A DNA stretch of 64,000 nt from Deltaproteobacteria bacterium (GTDB lineage Bacteria > JAGRBM01 > JAHCIT01): positions 128,235 through 192,234 of the forward strand of contig JAHCIT010000006.1 of NCBI GenBank assembly GCA_026129095.1, written 5' to 3'. This document shows positions 17,204 to 26,642 of this stretch, piece after piece (the stretch's first letter is position 1; the number at the start of each line of letters is the position of its first letter). The position numbers and the translations under genes are program-made. A model generated the notes under the pieces. That model saw nothing but the letters and a program-made list of their open reading frames with translations, did no database searches and was not told where the DNA came from.

Positions 17204-20026
17204 TTGAACCTGCGCTCCCCCCATTCCAATGGCTCGCGCCTCAGGCCGATCATCGAGAAATTCGATGACCCGTATCCGTGGTCAGATGCTCAAAAATGCC
17301 TGCTGGTCGCAGCGCTCATGCTGCCGGTCAATCTCTCCATCGTTGCCTCGGCCTGGCACGCGCTGAAGGTTCCGGATTCCGCGCCATTCGTTGATCCCGT
17401 CTATCTGCCGGTATTCCTCTGGATGGTCACGCTGAGTGTCGCGCTGAACTTTGGTGTCCTGACGGCGGGTCTGGTGCTGAGAAAAGTACGCGAGCCCATG
17501 AACTGGCTTGTGCACACCACCGTTCAGGTGTTCTCTCTCTCGATTTCCTATCTCGCCTACGCCATCGGCCTGTATACGAGTCCGGTCGGCTTCGCGTTCG
17601 TGGCGGCGCTCGTGGGCGGCGGGCTTGTCTTCAACTGGAAACCCATTGCCGGCGCCACGGCATCCGCCCTCGTCATCGGGGCCGGAACCACCATCGCGTC
17701 CCAGGCGGGCTTTATTCCCTATGCGCCGCTGTTCCGCGGCCCGGTCGTACTCGACCAGCATCTGACCGGCTGGTGGCTGTCACGGGTGGCCTCTCCGGCG
17801 CTGTTCGTCGCCGTGCTATGTGTCTCGCTTTTTTTCCATATCCTATCCAAGTGGCGGACCCGTGAGGACCGGCTGCAGGCGGCTTACGCCGAACTCCGCG
17901 ACCGGGAAGAGCAGCTTGCCGCCGCCTATGCCGAACTCCGCGAGTCGCATGGACAACTTGCCCAGCTCGAAAAGGCCATCGCCACCGCCCAGGTCGGCAT
18001 CACCATCACCGATCTCGACGGCAAGATCGCCTACACCAACAGGGCCGAGGCGGAGATGCACGGCTACCGCCCGGAGGAACTGCTGGGCCAGCCCGTTCGT
18101 ATCCTCGCCCCGCCCGTTTCCGCACGGCCGATGACGAAGGAGGAACTCCGTCGTGCCAGAACGCTACGCCGGGAAAGCGTGAACGTGCGGAAGAACGGTT
18201 CACAGTTCCCCGTGCATCTGGTCTCAGACGTCATCAGCGATGCGGACGGAGAGCCCGTGGGCCTTGTGACCATCTCGGAGGATATCACCAGCCGAAAACA
18301 GATCGAGGAAGCCCTGCGCCGGAGCGAGGAACGATATGCACTCGCCATCCGGGGCGCGGCCGACGGCATCTGGGACTGGGACATCGAACGCGACGAGGTT
18401 TTTTACTCCGACCGCTGGAAGGCGATGCTCGGCTTCGAGGATCACGAGATCGGCTCCACCCCGGACGACTGGCTGAACCGCATCCACCCCGACGAACGCG
18501 AAAGCGTGAAACTGAGGATTACGGCCCACCTTGAAGGCCATACGCCCCAGTTCGAATGTGAATACCGGGCTCTCCACAAGGACGGCGACTACCGTTGGAT
18601 GCTGGCCCGCGGGCTAGCGGTGCGGGATGAGCGCGGCAACGCCCGCCGGATGGCCGGATCGCAAACCGACATCACCGAACGGAGCCTGCTGGATCCGCTC
18701 ACCGGGCTCCCCAACCGGACGCTGTTTATGGACCGGCTTCACCGGGCGTTCGAGAGGGCATCGCAGCCGGACCGGCCGCCGTTCGCGCTCCTGCTCCTGG
18801 GCCTCAACCGGTTCAACAACGTCAACGAGACTCTCGGCCGTCAGGTGGGTGACCAGCTCCTGTTCATGGTCGCCGCACGTCTCCAGCAACGCGTCGGGAA
18901 AGGCAATTCCGTCGCCCGCCTGGGCGGAGACGAATTCACGATTCTCCTCGAAGACCTGACCGAACACGGCCGCGTGGCACGGGTGGCCGACCAGATCCTC
19001 GAGGAACTGAAAAACCCGTTCAAGCTGTATGGCCGGGAGCTGTTCATCACCGGCAGCATCGGCATCGCCCTGTACGACGGCAAGGCCGAAACGCCCGAGG
19101 TGATGCTGCGGGATGCCGACACGGCCCTTCGCCGCGCCAAGCGGTCCGGCACCGGCCGCCATGAACTGTTCGACGCTGACATGCGGCGCGTGGCGCTCAC
19201 CCGGTTCGAGCTGGAATCGGACCTCCGCCGAGCGGTCCAGCGCGGGGAACTCATCCTCGAATACCAGCCGATCGTCCAGACCCGGGACAGCCGGGTGGCG
19301 GGGTTCGAGGCCCTGGTCCGCTGGCGCCATCCCGTTCGCGGCCTCCTGGCACCAGCGGAGTTCATCTCGCTTGCCGAGGAGACCGGCCAGATCAACGCCG
19401 TCGGACAGTGGGTTCTCCAGGAAGCCTGCCGCCAGATGCAGATCTGGTATGTCCGATACCCCGAGCAGTGGCCCATGTCCGTGAGCGTGAACCTTTCAGG
19501 GATCCAGTTTACGCAGCCCGACCTTGTGCAGCGGATCGACGATGTGCTTCGGGAAACCCGGCTCGACCGCAGGAGCCTGCGAATGGAGATTACCGAGAGC
19601 GTGCTGATGCACGATGCCGATTCGGCCGCGCTCACGCTGACCCGGCTGAAGGAGCTGGGCATCACGCTCTGCATGGACGACTTCGGGACCGGCTACTCGT
19701 CGCTGAGCTATCTCAACCGCTTTCCCTTCAACACGATGAAGATCGACAAGAGTTTCGTCCAGAAGATCGGCGAGACCGAGTCGGACATCGAGATCGTCCG
19801 CGCCATGATTGACCTCGCGCATAATCTCAGGATGGACGTGGTGGCCGAAGGGGTGGAGACCGAGGAACAACTTCTGGCGCTTGCCGAATGCGGGTGCGAC
19901 GCGATCCAGGGGTTCTACTACTACCGGCCCCTCAGCGCCATTGAAGCTGAAAAGCTGCTTGCCCGGCGTCAGGGACGGCCTACGGTCGAGGTCAGCTCCA
20001 CCACGCGCAAGCGGCTGGAGGAATAG
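17204..20026 (+). CDS. Membrane sensor, two PAS domains, GGDEF-EAL c-di-GMP protein
   Basis: About 6 TM helices, two PAS/PAC domains (DITSRK, DGIWDWD), DPLTGLPNR, LGGDEF, FEALVRW, DDFGTGYSSL, VAEGVET. Confidence 0.93.
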   Translation: MNLRSPHSNGSRLRPIIEKFDDPYPWSDAQKCLLVAALMLPVNLSIVASAWHALKVPDSAPFVDPVYLPVFLWMVTLSVALNFGVLTAGLVLRKVREPMNWLVHTTVQVFSLSISYLAYAIGLYTSPVGFAFVAALVGGGLVFNWKPIAGATASALVIGAGTTIASQAGFIPYAPLFRGPVVLDQHLTGWWLSRVASPALFVAVLCVSLFFHILSKWRTREDRLQAAYAELRDREEQLAAAYAELRESHGQLAQLEKAIATAQVGITITDLDGKIAYTNRAEAEMHGYRPEELLGQPVRILAPPVSARPMTKEELRRARTLRRESVNVRKNGSQFPVHLVSDVISDADGEPVGLVTISEDITSRKQIEEALRRSEERYALAIRGAADGIWDWDIERDEVFYSDRWKAMLGFEDHEIGSTPDDWLNRIHPDERESVKLRITAHLEGHTPQFECEYRALHKDGDYRWMLARGLAVRDERGNARRMAGSQTDITERSLLDPLTGLPNRTLFMDRLHRAFERASQPDRPPFALLLLGLNRFNNVNETLGRQVGDQLLFMVAARLQQRVGKGNSVARLGGDEFTILLEDLTEHGRVARVADQILEELKNPFKLYGRELFITGSIGIALYDGKAETPEVMLRDADTALRRAKRSGTGRHELFDADMRRVALTRFELESDLRRAVQRGELILEYQPIVQTRDSRVAGFEALVRWRHPVRGLLAPAEFISLAEETGQINAVGQWVLQEACRQMQIWYVRYPEQWPMSVSVNLSGIQFTQPDLVQRIDDVLRETRLDRRSLRMEITESVLMHDADSAALTLTRLKELGITLCMDDFGTGYSSLSYLNRFPFNTMKIDKSFVQKIGETESDIEIVRAMIDLAHNLRMDVVAEGVETEEQLLALAECGCDAIQGFYYYRPLSAIEAEKLLARRQGRPTVEVSSTTRKRLEE

Positions 20027-20869
20027 TCAGGCCGCTGTCTTGACGGCAGCGGCGGAGCTGCCGGAGAGCGCCGGCACCGCGAGTCCCAGCTCCTTCGCCC
20101 GCTGCTCCCACACGACGTGGGCCTCAGCCCGGAGCCGCCCGATTTCCGCACGCACGCAGTCAGCCAGGGCATCGATCTGGTCTTCGCTATAACCCGTGGT
20201 TTCGATCGGTTTGCCCACGTTGATGACGATGTGTCCCTTCCACTGCCGGGCGAACCACCCGTGTCCGTAGATTTCAGCCGACCCCGCAATGCCCACCGGC
20301 AGGATCGGAACCCCGCCTTTCTGGGCCATGATGAAGCCACCCTTCTTGAAGTGGAGCATCTCGCTTCCGTCCAGACCGCGGCTCCGCGTCCCCTCCGGGA
20401 ACACGACCACGTTCCCGCCGCGGGCGACCCGTTTCACCACGTTATCAATGGATTTCCGGGCCGACTCCCGGTTGCCGCGCTTCACGAACACCATCCCGAT
20501 GGCCCAGAAACCCGCGCCGATGAATGGCACGTAGGCCAGTTCCCATTTCACCAGGAACCGGAAGCTGACCGGTTTCAGTGTGACGAGCAGCGCCGGGCCG
20601 TCCAGATGCGAGCGGTGGTTCGACATGATGATGAAGGGCGAGGCTTTCTCCGGCAGGTGACCGATGCGCTCGAAGGTCGTGTTGCCCGCCCAGAGCAGCC
20701 CCCGGCTCCAGTGCCGCGTCGGAAAGTCACCGAAATAGGTCATCGACGGCGACCACCCGAGCCTGTCCAGCATGCTGAGAATGACTGCCGCCGTCACGCA
20801 TACGGGCGTCCACAGGGCAAGGTAAACCCACAGGCAGAATGTGCGAATAATGGCGGAAATGCTGACCAC
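20027..20869 (-). CDS. plsC: 1-acyl-sn-glycerol-3-phosphate acyltransferase family protein
   Basis: NHRSHLD (HX4D), VFPEGTRS, FKKGGF. Confidence 0.85.
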   Translation of the reverse strand: MVSISAIIRTFCLWVYLALWTPVCVTAAVILSMLDRLGWSPSMTYFGDFPTRHWSRGLLWAGNTTFERIGHLPEKASPFIIMSNHRSHLDGPALLVTLKPVSFRFLVKWELAYVPFIGAGFWAIGMVFVKRGNRESARKSIDNVVKRVARGGNVVVFPEGTRSRGLDGSEMLHFKKGGFIMAQKGGVPILPVGIAGSAEIYGHGWFARQWKGHIVINVGKPIETTGYSEDQIDALADCVRAEIGRLRAEAHVVWEQRAKELGLAVPALSGSSAAAVKTAA

Positions 20870-20939
20870 GGCTACCGGGGAGCCATTCTGGACAGTTTTT
20901 CCGATTTTTGTCCAGTTCTGGCCGGGTAACCCGTGAAAT

Positions 20940-21749
20940 TTAGTTCCGCTTGAGGATTTTCACCGCTTGCGGTCCCAGCCGGCGGAGCACCGGCCCGGCG
21001 GCCGGACCCAGAAGGGGTGCGACTCCATAAACCGCCGGATAATGGAGCGAATCCCGGCCCTTTTCGAGCGCCTCGCGGAGCTTGCGGGCCAGTTCCACCG
21101 GGGTTCCGGTTGGCACTGGCGGCAGGCCGTCGGAACCCAGGGCTTTCGCCGTACCGCGAAGCATGTCCGTATCAACCGGACCGGGATAAACGCTGAGAAT
21201 CCCGACCCCCGTCCCGTGGGTTTCGGCGCGAAGCACGTCGTCCAGCATCGACAGCGCCCGCTTGGTCGCGCAGTAGATCGCCGATCCCGGCACGGCCACG
21301 AACGCAAAGCCCGATGAAACCGACACGATCACCCCCTTGCGGCGGGAGATCATTCCCGGCAGAACGGCGCGGGCCAGTTCCACCGGCGCGGCGAAGTTCA
21401 CCTCGATCGCGTCGCGGAGATCTTTCGGGTTCGCGTCGGCAAAGGTCGAAACCCCGCCCGAAATCCCGGCATTATTAACGAGAATATCAACCGCTCCGGC
21501 GGCCTGCTCAATTCCGGTGCCGAGGGGCCCGGCCGTCCCCGCCCTGGAAAGATCCGCCGGGAACACGGACGCCGAGGGAGCCCCCAGGTTCCGGGCCTCG
21601 GCGGCGAGTGCCTCCAGCCGCTCCTTCCGGCGTGCCACCAGCGAGAGCTTGGCTCCGGCTCGGGCCAGTTCACGTGCCACTGCCTCGCCTATTCCGGACG
21701 ACGCACCGGTGACAACGACATGCAGGCCGGACAGGTTGAGCTTGGGCAT
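20940..21749 (-). CDS. Short-chain dehydrogenase/reductase
   Basis: TGASSGIG, NNAG, YCATK. Confidence 0.9.
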   Translation of the reverse strand: MPKLNLSGLHVVVTGASSGIGEAVARELARAGAKLSLVARRKERLEALAAEARNLGAPSASVFPADLSRAGTAGPLGTGIEQAAGAVDILVNNAGISGGVSTFADANPKDLRDAIEVNFAAPVELARAVLPGMISRRKGVIVSVSSGFAFVAVPGSAIYCATKRALSMLDDVLRAETHGTGVGILSVYPGPVDTDMLRGTAKALGSDGLPPVPTGTPVELARKLREALEKGRDSLHYPAVYGVAPLLGPAAGPVLRRLGPQAVKILKRN

Positions 21750-21813
21750 GACAGGAACTCCTGAAACACGGGATAGTGCGGGTACGCCGCAGTAAGCAGG
21801 GATATACGGCCTG

Positions 21814-24084
21814 CTATCTCAGTGCCCGCTGGGCGGCCTTGACGATATCGGCCACAGCGAGGCCGTACCGGTCGTAGATCACGAGCGGGCTCTCGCTCAT
21901 GGTCTGGCCGTGGGGACTACCGGTCTTCCCAAGGCCGGGGAGTTTCTTCTTCCCCTTGCGCCCCGAAAGGATTTTCGCCGCGTTCTGGGCAAGGCAGCCA
22001 GCCACAAGGCCCGCCAGCCCCCTTGCCGAATCGCTGCCGCCCACAAATCCGTCCTCCACCGTCACCACCGAGTCGTACGACTGGAGGATCTTCACGATTC
22101 TGGAGATGGGGAACGGCTTCACCTGCCCGACGAAGTAGACATCCACCGGCTGTTTCTTCTTTTCCAGCGCCTCGCGGGCCATCAGCGCACGGTAGAGAAC
22201 CGGGCCCGTGACCACTATTGCCGTCTTCGCCTTCGGCGACGACCGCACCAGCGTCACCGGCTCGAACTTCCAGCCGGGACCAAAAAGCGGCTCGCCGGGT
22301 TTCCCCTGCCTGGAAACCGTCGGGACCACATCCCGCGGACCGATATACAGGGCGAAGTCGTTGAGCCGGTACATCTCGCGAATCACATGGACAGCATGGT
22401 TGGCATCGGCCGGAACGAACGCACGCCGCAGTCGCGGCAGCTCGAACGCCAGATCAATCCCGTGAAGGGCATGGGCCGTGATGCCGTCCTTGCCGGGATT
22501 GAGGCCGTTGTGGCTGGAGATCACCTTCACCGGAACGCCGACGGTCAGGCCCGGCTCGTCGTGGCCGGAAATGTCCTGCTGGTAGTCGGCGAACTCAAGT
22601 CCCTCGCGCCCCACGCCCTGGATGAAGGCAGCGAACGTCGAGGCCGCCACGGTGGGCAGCTTGCCCTTGCCTCCGCCATTGGCAAGCTGCGTGAGTCCTT
22701 CGTAGATATACCCCGCCGCCGCGAGGAATGCCCCGCGCTCGCGGATGCCGGCCTGGATGAATCGCCTGCCGAGCGGCTTTTCCAGCACGCCGAGCTGGGT
22801 CGAGCCGCCAAGGTCCATGTCAACCGCGGCCATGTGCTCCGCGTTTTTTGCGGCGAGCGCTTTCAGTGCCACATTCACGCCCTTTCGCGGCGATACCCAG
22901 TCGGCCCCGTGATCTCCCTTCACCAGCAGTTCGCTCGCCGACGGCGGGAATGTCTCCGGCCAGTCGAACTCGTAGTTCGTGGCCGACGACGGTGCCGGGC
23001 GGGCGCGGAACGTCACTTTCCGGGCAGGCGGCGCGGAGAGCGCCTCTTCCCCGGATGTCAGCGCCAGCGCGGCCCGGATCGCCTGCACGTTTTCCTTCTT
23101 GAGATTGCCGTCATGGTGATTGACCGGCTTCTCCAGCGGTTTGCCCTTCCGCTCGGCGTTGATCGTGGCGATGATCCCGTCTTCCCAGGCGCGGATACCG
23201 CGCCCCATGATCGAACCGGGGACCCACAGTTCCTCGTCCGGCGAGAACCCCCACTTCGACGGATTTTCCAGGACCTGCCTTGCCGGTTTCGTCTCACCGG
23301 CCGGGTAGATGAAAACCGGCCCCTCGCCCTTGCGGCACAGGAGTGCCGCCTCGCGGAGCGCACGGTAGAACCCCTCGAAATCGTGCAGTGAAACCGTTTC
23401 GATCACCTGCACACCGGCCGCCCTCGCCTTGGCGGCAGGATTGCCGCACGGGTCCACCGACTGCGTGGTGCCGGAAAGCTGCATGGCATTCAGCGCCGGG
23501 ATGAACACGCACGGGGCGCGGCGGTTTGCCGCGATCTCCAGCGCCTCCATCGCCGACCCCTCCTGCATGGAGCCATCGCTCGTGAAAACGTAGGTTACTC
23601 CGTCCCGGCCCGCTCCCTGGTTCCACAGCGCCATCCCGACGCCGCCTGCATCGTTCCCAAGGCGGCCCGTGTTCATGCTCCCGCCTGCAATCGGCGTCAC
23701 ATGGCCGCCGATGGGCTCCGAGGTTCGGAAACCGTTGATGACGTCTTCCGGCGTGATGTAGCCATGCTGGGAGAGCGCGGCGAAATAGCCCGCCGCCACG
23801 TGGCCCTGGGCGATGAAGAAGTCGTCTCCGCGGGAGCGGTCCATCACCGAGAGGACCAGTTCCAGCGGGTCGATGATCTCCAGCGCGCCGCCCAGGTGGT
23901 CCTCGCCCACGCGGGCCACGCAATCGACCGCCGTAAGGCGCGCCCTCTTGGCGCGAGCCGTGAGTTCCGTCACCAGGGACGGGGACAGTGACGGAGTTTC
24001 CTCAAGGCGGATGCGAGGATCGATGATCTCACGGACAAGCGCGGCACCGGTATTGCGGCGGGTGATCGGATCGCTGGTGTTCAT
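21814..24084 (-). CDS. Divergent single-chain transketolase-family ThDP enzyme
   Basis: HLGG, QGH, GHVTP, SDGSMQEG...N ThDP motif, DLGGST, GIRE, STFAAF, KDGITAH, C-terminal VTVEDG. Confidence 0.8.
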   Translation of the reverse strand: MNTSDPITRRNTGAALVREIIDPRIRLEETPSLSPSLVTELTARAKRARLTAVDCVARVGEDHLGGALEIIDPLELVLSVMDRSRGDDFFIAQGHVAAGYFAALSQHGYITPEDVINGFRTSEPIGGHVTPIAGGSMNTGRLGNDAGGVGMALWNQGAGRDGVTYVFTSDGSMQEGSAMEALEIAANRRAPCVFIPALNAMQLSGTTQSVDPCGNPAAKARAAGVQVIETVSLHDFEGFYRALREAALLCRKGEGPVFIYPAGETKPARQVLENPSKWGFSPDEELWVPGSIMGRGIRAWEDGIIATINAERKGKPLEKPVNHHDGNLKKENVQAIRAALALTSGEEALSAPPARKVTFRARPAPSSATNYEFDWPETFPPSASELLVKGDHGADWVSPRKGVNVALKALAAKNAEHMAAVDMDLGGSTQLGVLEKPLGRRFIQAGIRERGAFLAAAGYIYEGLTQLANGGGKGKLPTVAASTFAAFIQGVGREGLEFADYQQDISGHDEPGLTVGVPVKVISSHNGLNPGKDGITAHALHGIDLAFELPRLRRAFVPADANHAVHVIREMYRLNDFALYIGPRDVVPTVSRQGKPGEPLFGPGWKFEPVTLVRSSPKAKTAIVVTGPVLYRALMAREALEKKKQPVDVYFVGQVKPFPISRIVKILQSYDSVVTVEDGFVGGSDSARGLAGLVAGCLAQNAAKILSGRKGKKKLPGLGKTGSPHGQTMSESPLVIYDRYGLAVADIVKAAQRALR

Positions 24085-24166
24085 GGGGCCCCTTTGGATG
24101 CTGAAGGACTACCGGCCGGGGGAAGTAATACTCCCGGACGGGCGCAATCAAGGGCAATGGGACCGC

Positions 24167-25057
24167 TTACTGGACGCCGAGCAGCTCGACCTCGAAATGG
24201 AGGTTTGAGTAGGCCTTGATCTTGGGGCCCATCGCCCGTTCGCCGTAGGCGAGCCCCGCCGGGATAAGCAGCAGGCGCTTTTCGCCCACCTTCATCCCCT
24301 TCACGCCCATGTCCCAGCCCTGGATAACCTGGCCCTGCCCGAGCTGGAACTCGAACGGCTGGCCGCGGTCCAGGGAGGAGTCGAACTTGTCACCAAGCTG
24401 CCCGTTTTCCCAGATCCTGCCGGTATAGTGGACCGACACCTTCTGGCCCAGTTGCGCCTCCGCGCCGGAACCCTTCTTCACGGTCTGCCAGAAAAGACCG
24501 CTTTCCTCGACCGTCCATTTGGACTTTTCCTTTTCATCCATCGTGATGGGCTTGGCATTGGCCGCGAGCTTGGCTGCCCGTTCTTCCATCATCCGCTGGC
24601 GGGCCGCCTCGCGTTCCTTTTTCACTTCTTCCTGGTTTTTCACCGCCACCAGCTCGGTCTCGAAGAACAGGGTCGAGTTGGCCGGTATCTTGGGCCGGCC
24701 CTGCGGTCCGTAGGCGATATCCGGCGGGATGATGAGAAGACGCTGCTCCCCCACCTTCATCCCGGCAATCCCCTCATCCCATCCCTTGATCACCCGCCCG
24801 GTGCCGACGGTGAACTGGAGCGGCTGCCCCCGGTCACGGGACGTATCGAACTGGTCGCCCTTCTTCCCGCCAACCCAGAGCCAGCCGGTGTAGTGAACCG
24901 ACACCTGATCGCCCTTTTCGGCCACGCGGTCGCCCGTTCCGGGCTTTGCGATCTTTATCTTGAGGCCGCTCGGACGGGTCTCGAAACCGTCGGAGCAGGC
25001 AGCCATGAGGGCCAGTGAACCGATGACAGCAATCGAACGAACCAGAATCCTGCGCAT
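24167..25057 (-). CDS. Lipoprotein FKBP-type peptidyl-prolyl isomerase with two FKBP domains
   Basis: Lipobox LMAAC. Two copies of VHYTG...FD(T/S)S.DRG.P..F..G.G.VI.GWD.G..GMKVGE.R.L.IP...AYG. Confidence 0.92.
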   Translation of the reverse strand: MRRILVRSIAVIGSLALMAACSDGFETRPSGLKIKIAKPGTGDRVAEKGDQVSVHYTGWLWVGGKKGDQFDTSRDRGQPLQFTVGTGRVIKGWDEGIAGMKVGEQRLLIIPPDIAYGPQGRPKIPANSTLFFETELVAVKNQEEVKKEREAARQRMMEERAAKLAANAKPITMDEKEKSKWTVEESGLFWQTVKKGSGAEAQLGQKVSVHYTGRIWENGQLGDKFDSSLDRGQPFEFQLGQGQVIQGWDMGVKGMKVGEKRLLLIPAGLAYGERAMGPKIKAYSNLHFEVELLGVQ

Positions 25058-25278
25058 GTGGGGTCTTTTCCTCTCAGGCGGCATGCGTTTGGTTGCAAAG
25101 GCACGCCACCATCAAACCGGTGTGGATTTCATCAACGGACGCCGGAATCAGTAGGTGGCCGGAACGGGCGATTGCAAGAAGCCCCCCCCTCTCGCCTTCC
25201 CGCGTCAAAACGGATAAGGGAGTGACGGCTGCGGGCACCGTCACCACCAAAGACGGGCTCGACCGGAAGGAAACCACC

Positions 25279-26100
25279 ATGAGCCTCAAGGGGAAAACGC
25301 TGTTCATAACGGGTGCAAGCCGCGGCATCGGGCTCGCCATCGCCGTCAGGGCGGCCAGGGACGGAGCCAACGTGGCCGTTGCGGCCAAAACCACCGAGCC
25401 GCACCCCAAGCTGGCCGGGACGATCTACACGGCTGCCAAGGAGATCGAGGCAGCCGGTGGCAAGGCGCTGCCGCTCGTTGTGGACGTGCGGAACGAGGAA
25501 GAAGTCGAGGCGGCCGTGAAAAAGACGGCCGAAACCTTCGGCGGCATTGATATCCTCGTCAACAATGCCAGCGCGATCAGCCTGACCGGCACGCTCCAGA
25601 CGCCGATGAAAAAATTCGACCTCATGCACCAGATCAACCTGCGTGGCACGTTCCTTTGTTCGCAGAAGTGCATCCCCTTCCTGAAGAAAGGCAACAACCC
25701 CCACGTCCTCAACCTCGCTCCCCCGCTCAACATGGAAGAAAAGTGGTTCCGTCCGCACGTGGCCTATACGATGGCCAAGTTTGGCATGAGCGAGTGCGTG
25801 CTTGGCATGGCAGGCGAGTTCCGGTCTGACGGCATCGCGTTCAACGCCCTGTGGCCCCGGACGGCCATCGCCACGGCCGCCATCGGCAACATGCCGGGCG
25901 GCGAGATGATGATGAAAAGCTCGCGCAAGCCGGAGATCATGGCCGACGCCGCCTACATCATCTTCAACCGGCCCAGCCGCGAATGCACGGGCAAGTTCTT
26001 CATTGACGATGAAGTGCTCGCCTCCGCCGGAATCACCGACCTGGAGAAATACTCCGTCACACCGGGCGCGAAGCTGATGCCGGATTTCTTCATCGACTGA
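25279..26100 (+). CDS. HSDL2/AtuG-like SDR oxidoreductase
   Basis: MSLKGKTLFITGASRGIG, AAKTTEPHPKL.GTI, NNASAI, YTMAK, ALWPRT, LMPDFF. Shine-Dalgarno AAGGA before ATG 25279. Confidence 0.9.
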   Translation: MSLKGKTLFITGASRGIGLAIAVRAARDGANVAVAAKTTEPHPKLAGTIYTAAKEIEAAGGKALPLVVDVRNEEEVEAAVKKTAETFGGIDILVNNASAISLTGTLQTPMKKFDLMHQINLRGTFLCSQKCIPFLKKGNNPHVLNLAPPLNMEEKWFRPHVAYTMAKFGMSECVLGMAGEFRSDGIAFNALWPRTAIATAAIGNMPGGEMMMKSSRKPEIMADAAYIIFNRPSRECTGKFFIDDEVLASAGITDLEKYSVTPGAKLMPDFFID

Positions 26101-26113
26101 AAGGGGATTACCC

Positions 26114-26641
26114 ATGCGCCTCAAGCCCGGCACCAGGGCCCCCGACTTCACAGCCGATGTGTGGAACGGAACCACACTGAAGCTGTCGGACTACGCCGGC
26201 AAGAGGGTCTGGCTCGCGTTCTTCCGCTATGCGTCCTGCCCGCTCTGCAACCTGCGGGTTCATGACATCATCAGGCGTCATGACGAGTTCACGTCGAAAG
26301 GCGTACAGGTGCTGGCCGTGTTCCAGTCGCCGAAGGAGTCGATCTCCGGGTATGTGGGCAAGCAGGCCCCGCCCTTCCCGCTCATCAGCGACCCGGAGGA
26401 AAAGCTCTACAGGATATACGGGCTGGAGTCGGGCCTTGGCGCATATCTCTCGCCCGGCAACCTGCCGCACCTCGCCCGTGCCGCAAAAGAAGGCTTCATG
26501 AGCACCTACTCCGAGGGAACCCGGACCCGGATCCCCGGCGATTTCCTGATCGGGCCTGATGGGGTGATCCAGGCGGTGTTCTACGGGGAGAAAATCTCCG
26601 ACCACATCCCGTTCGAAACCGTCGAAAAGTGGATGGGCTGA
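26114..26641 (+). CDS. Peroxiredoxin-like (AhpC/TSA family) protein
   Basis: APDF, FFRYASCPLC (CxxC), ISDPE, PGDFLI. Confidence 0.85.
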   Translation: MRLKPGTRAPDFTADVWNGTTLKLSDYAGKRVWLAFFRYASCPLCNLRVHDIIRRHDEFTSKGVQVLAVFQSPKESISGYVGKQAPPFPLISDPEEKLYRIYGLESGLGAYLSPGNLPHLARAAKEGFMSTYSEGTRTRIPGDFLIGPDGVIQAVFYGEKISDHIPFETVEKWMG

Positions 26642-26642
26642 G

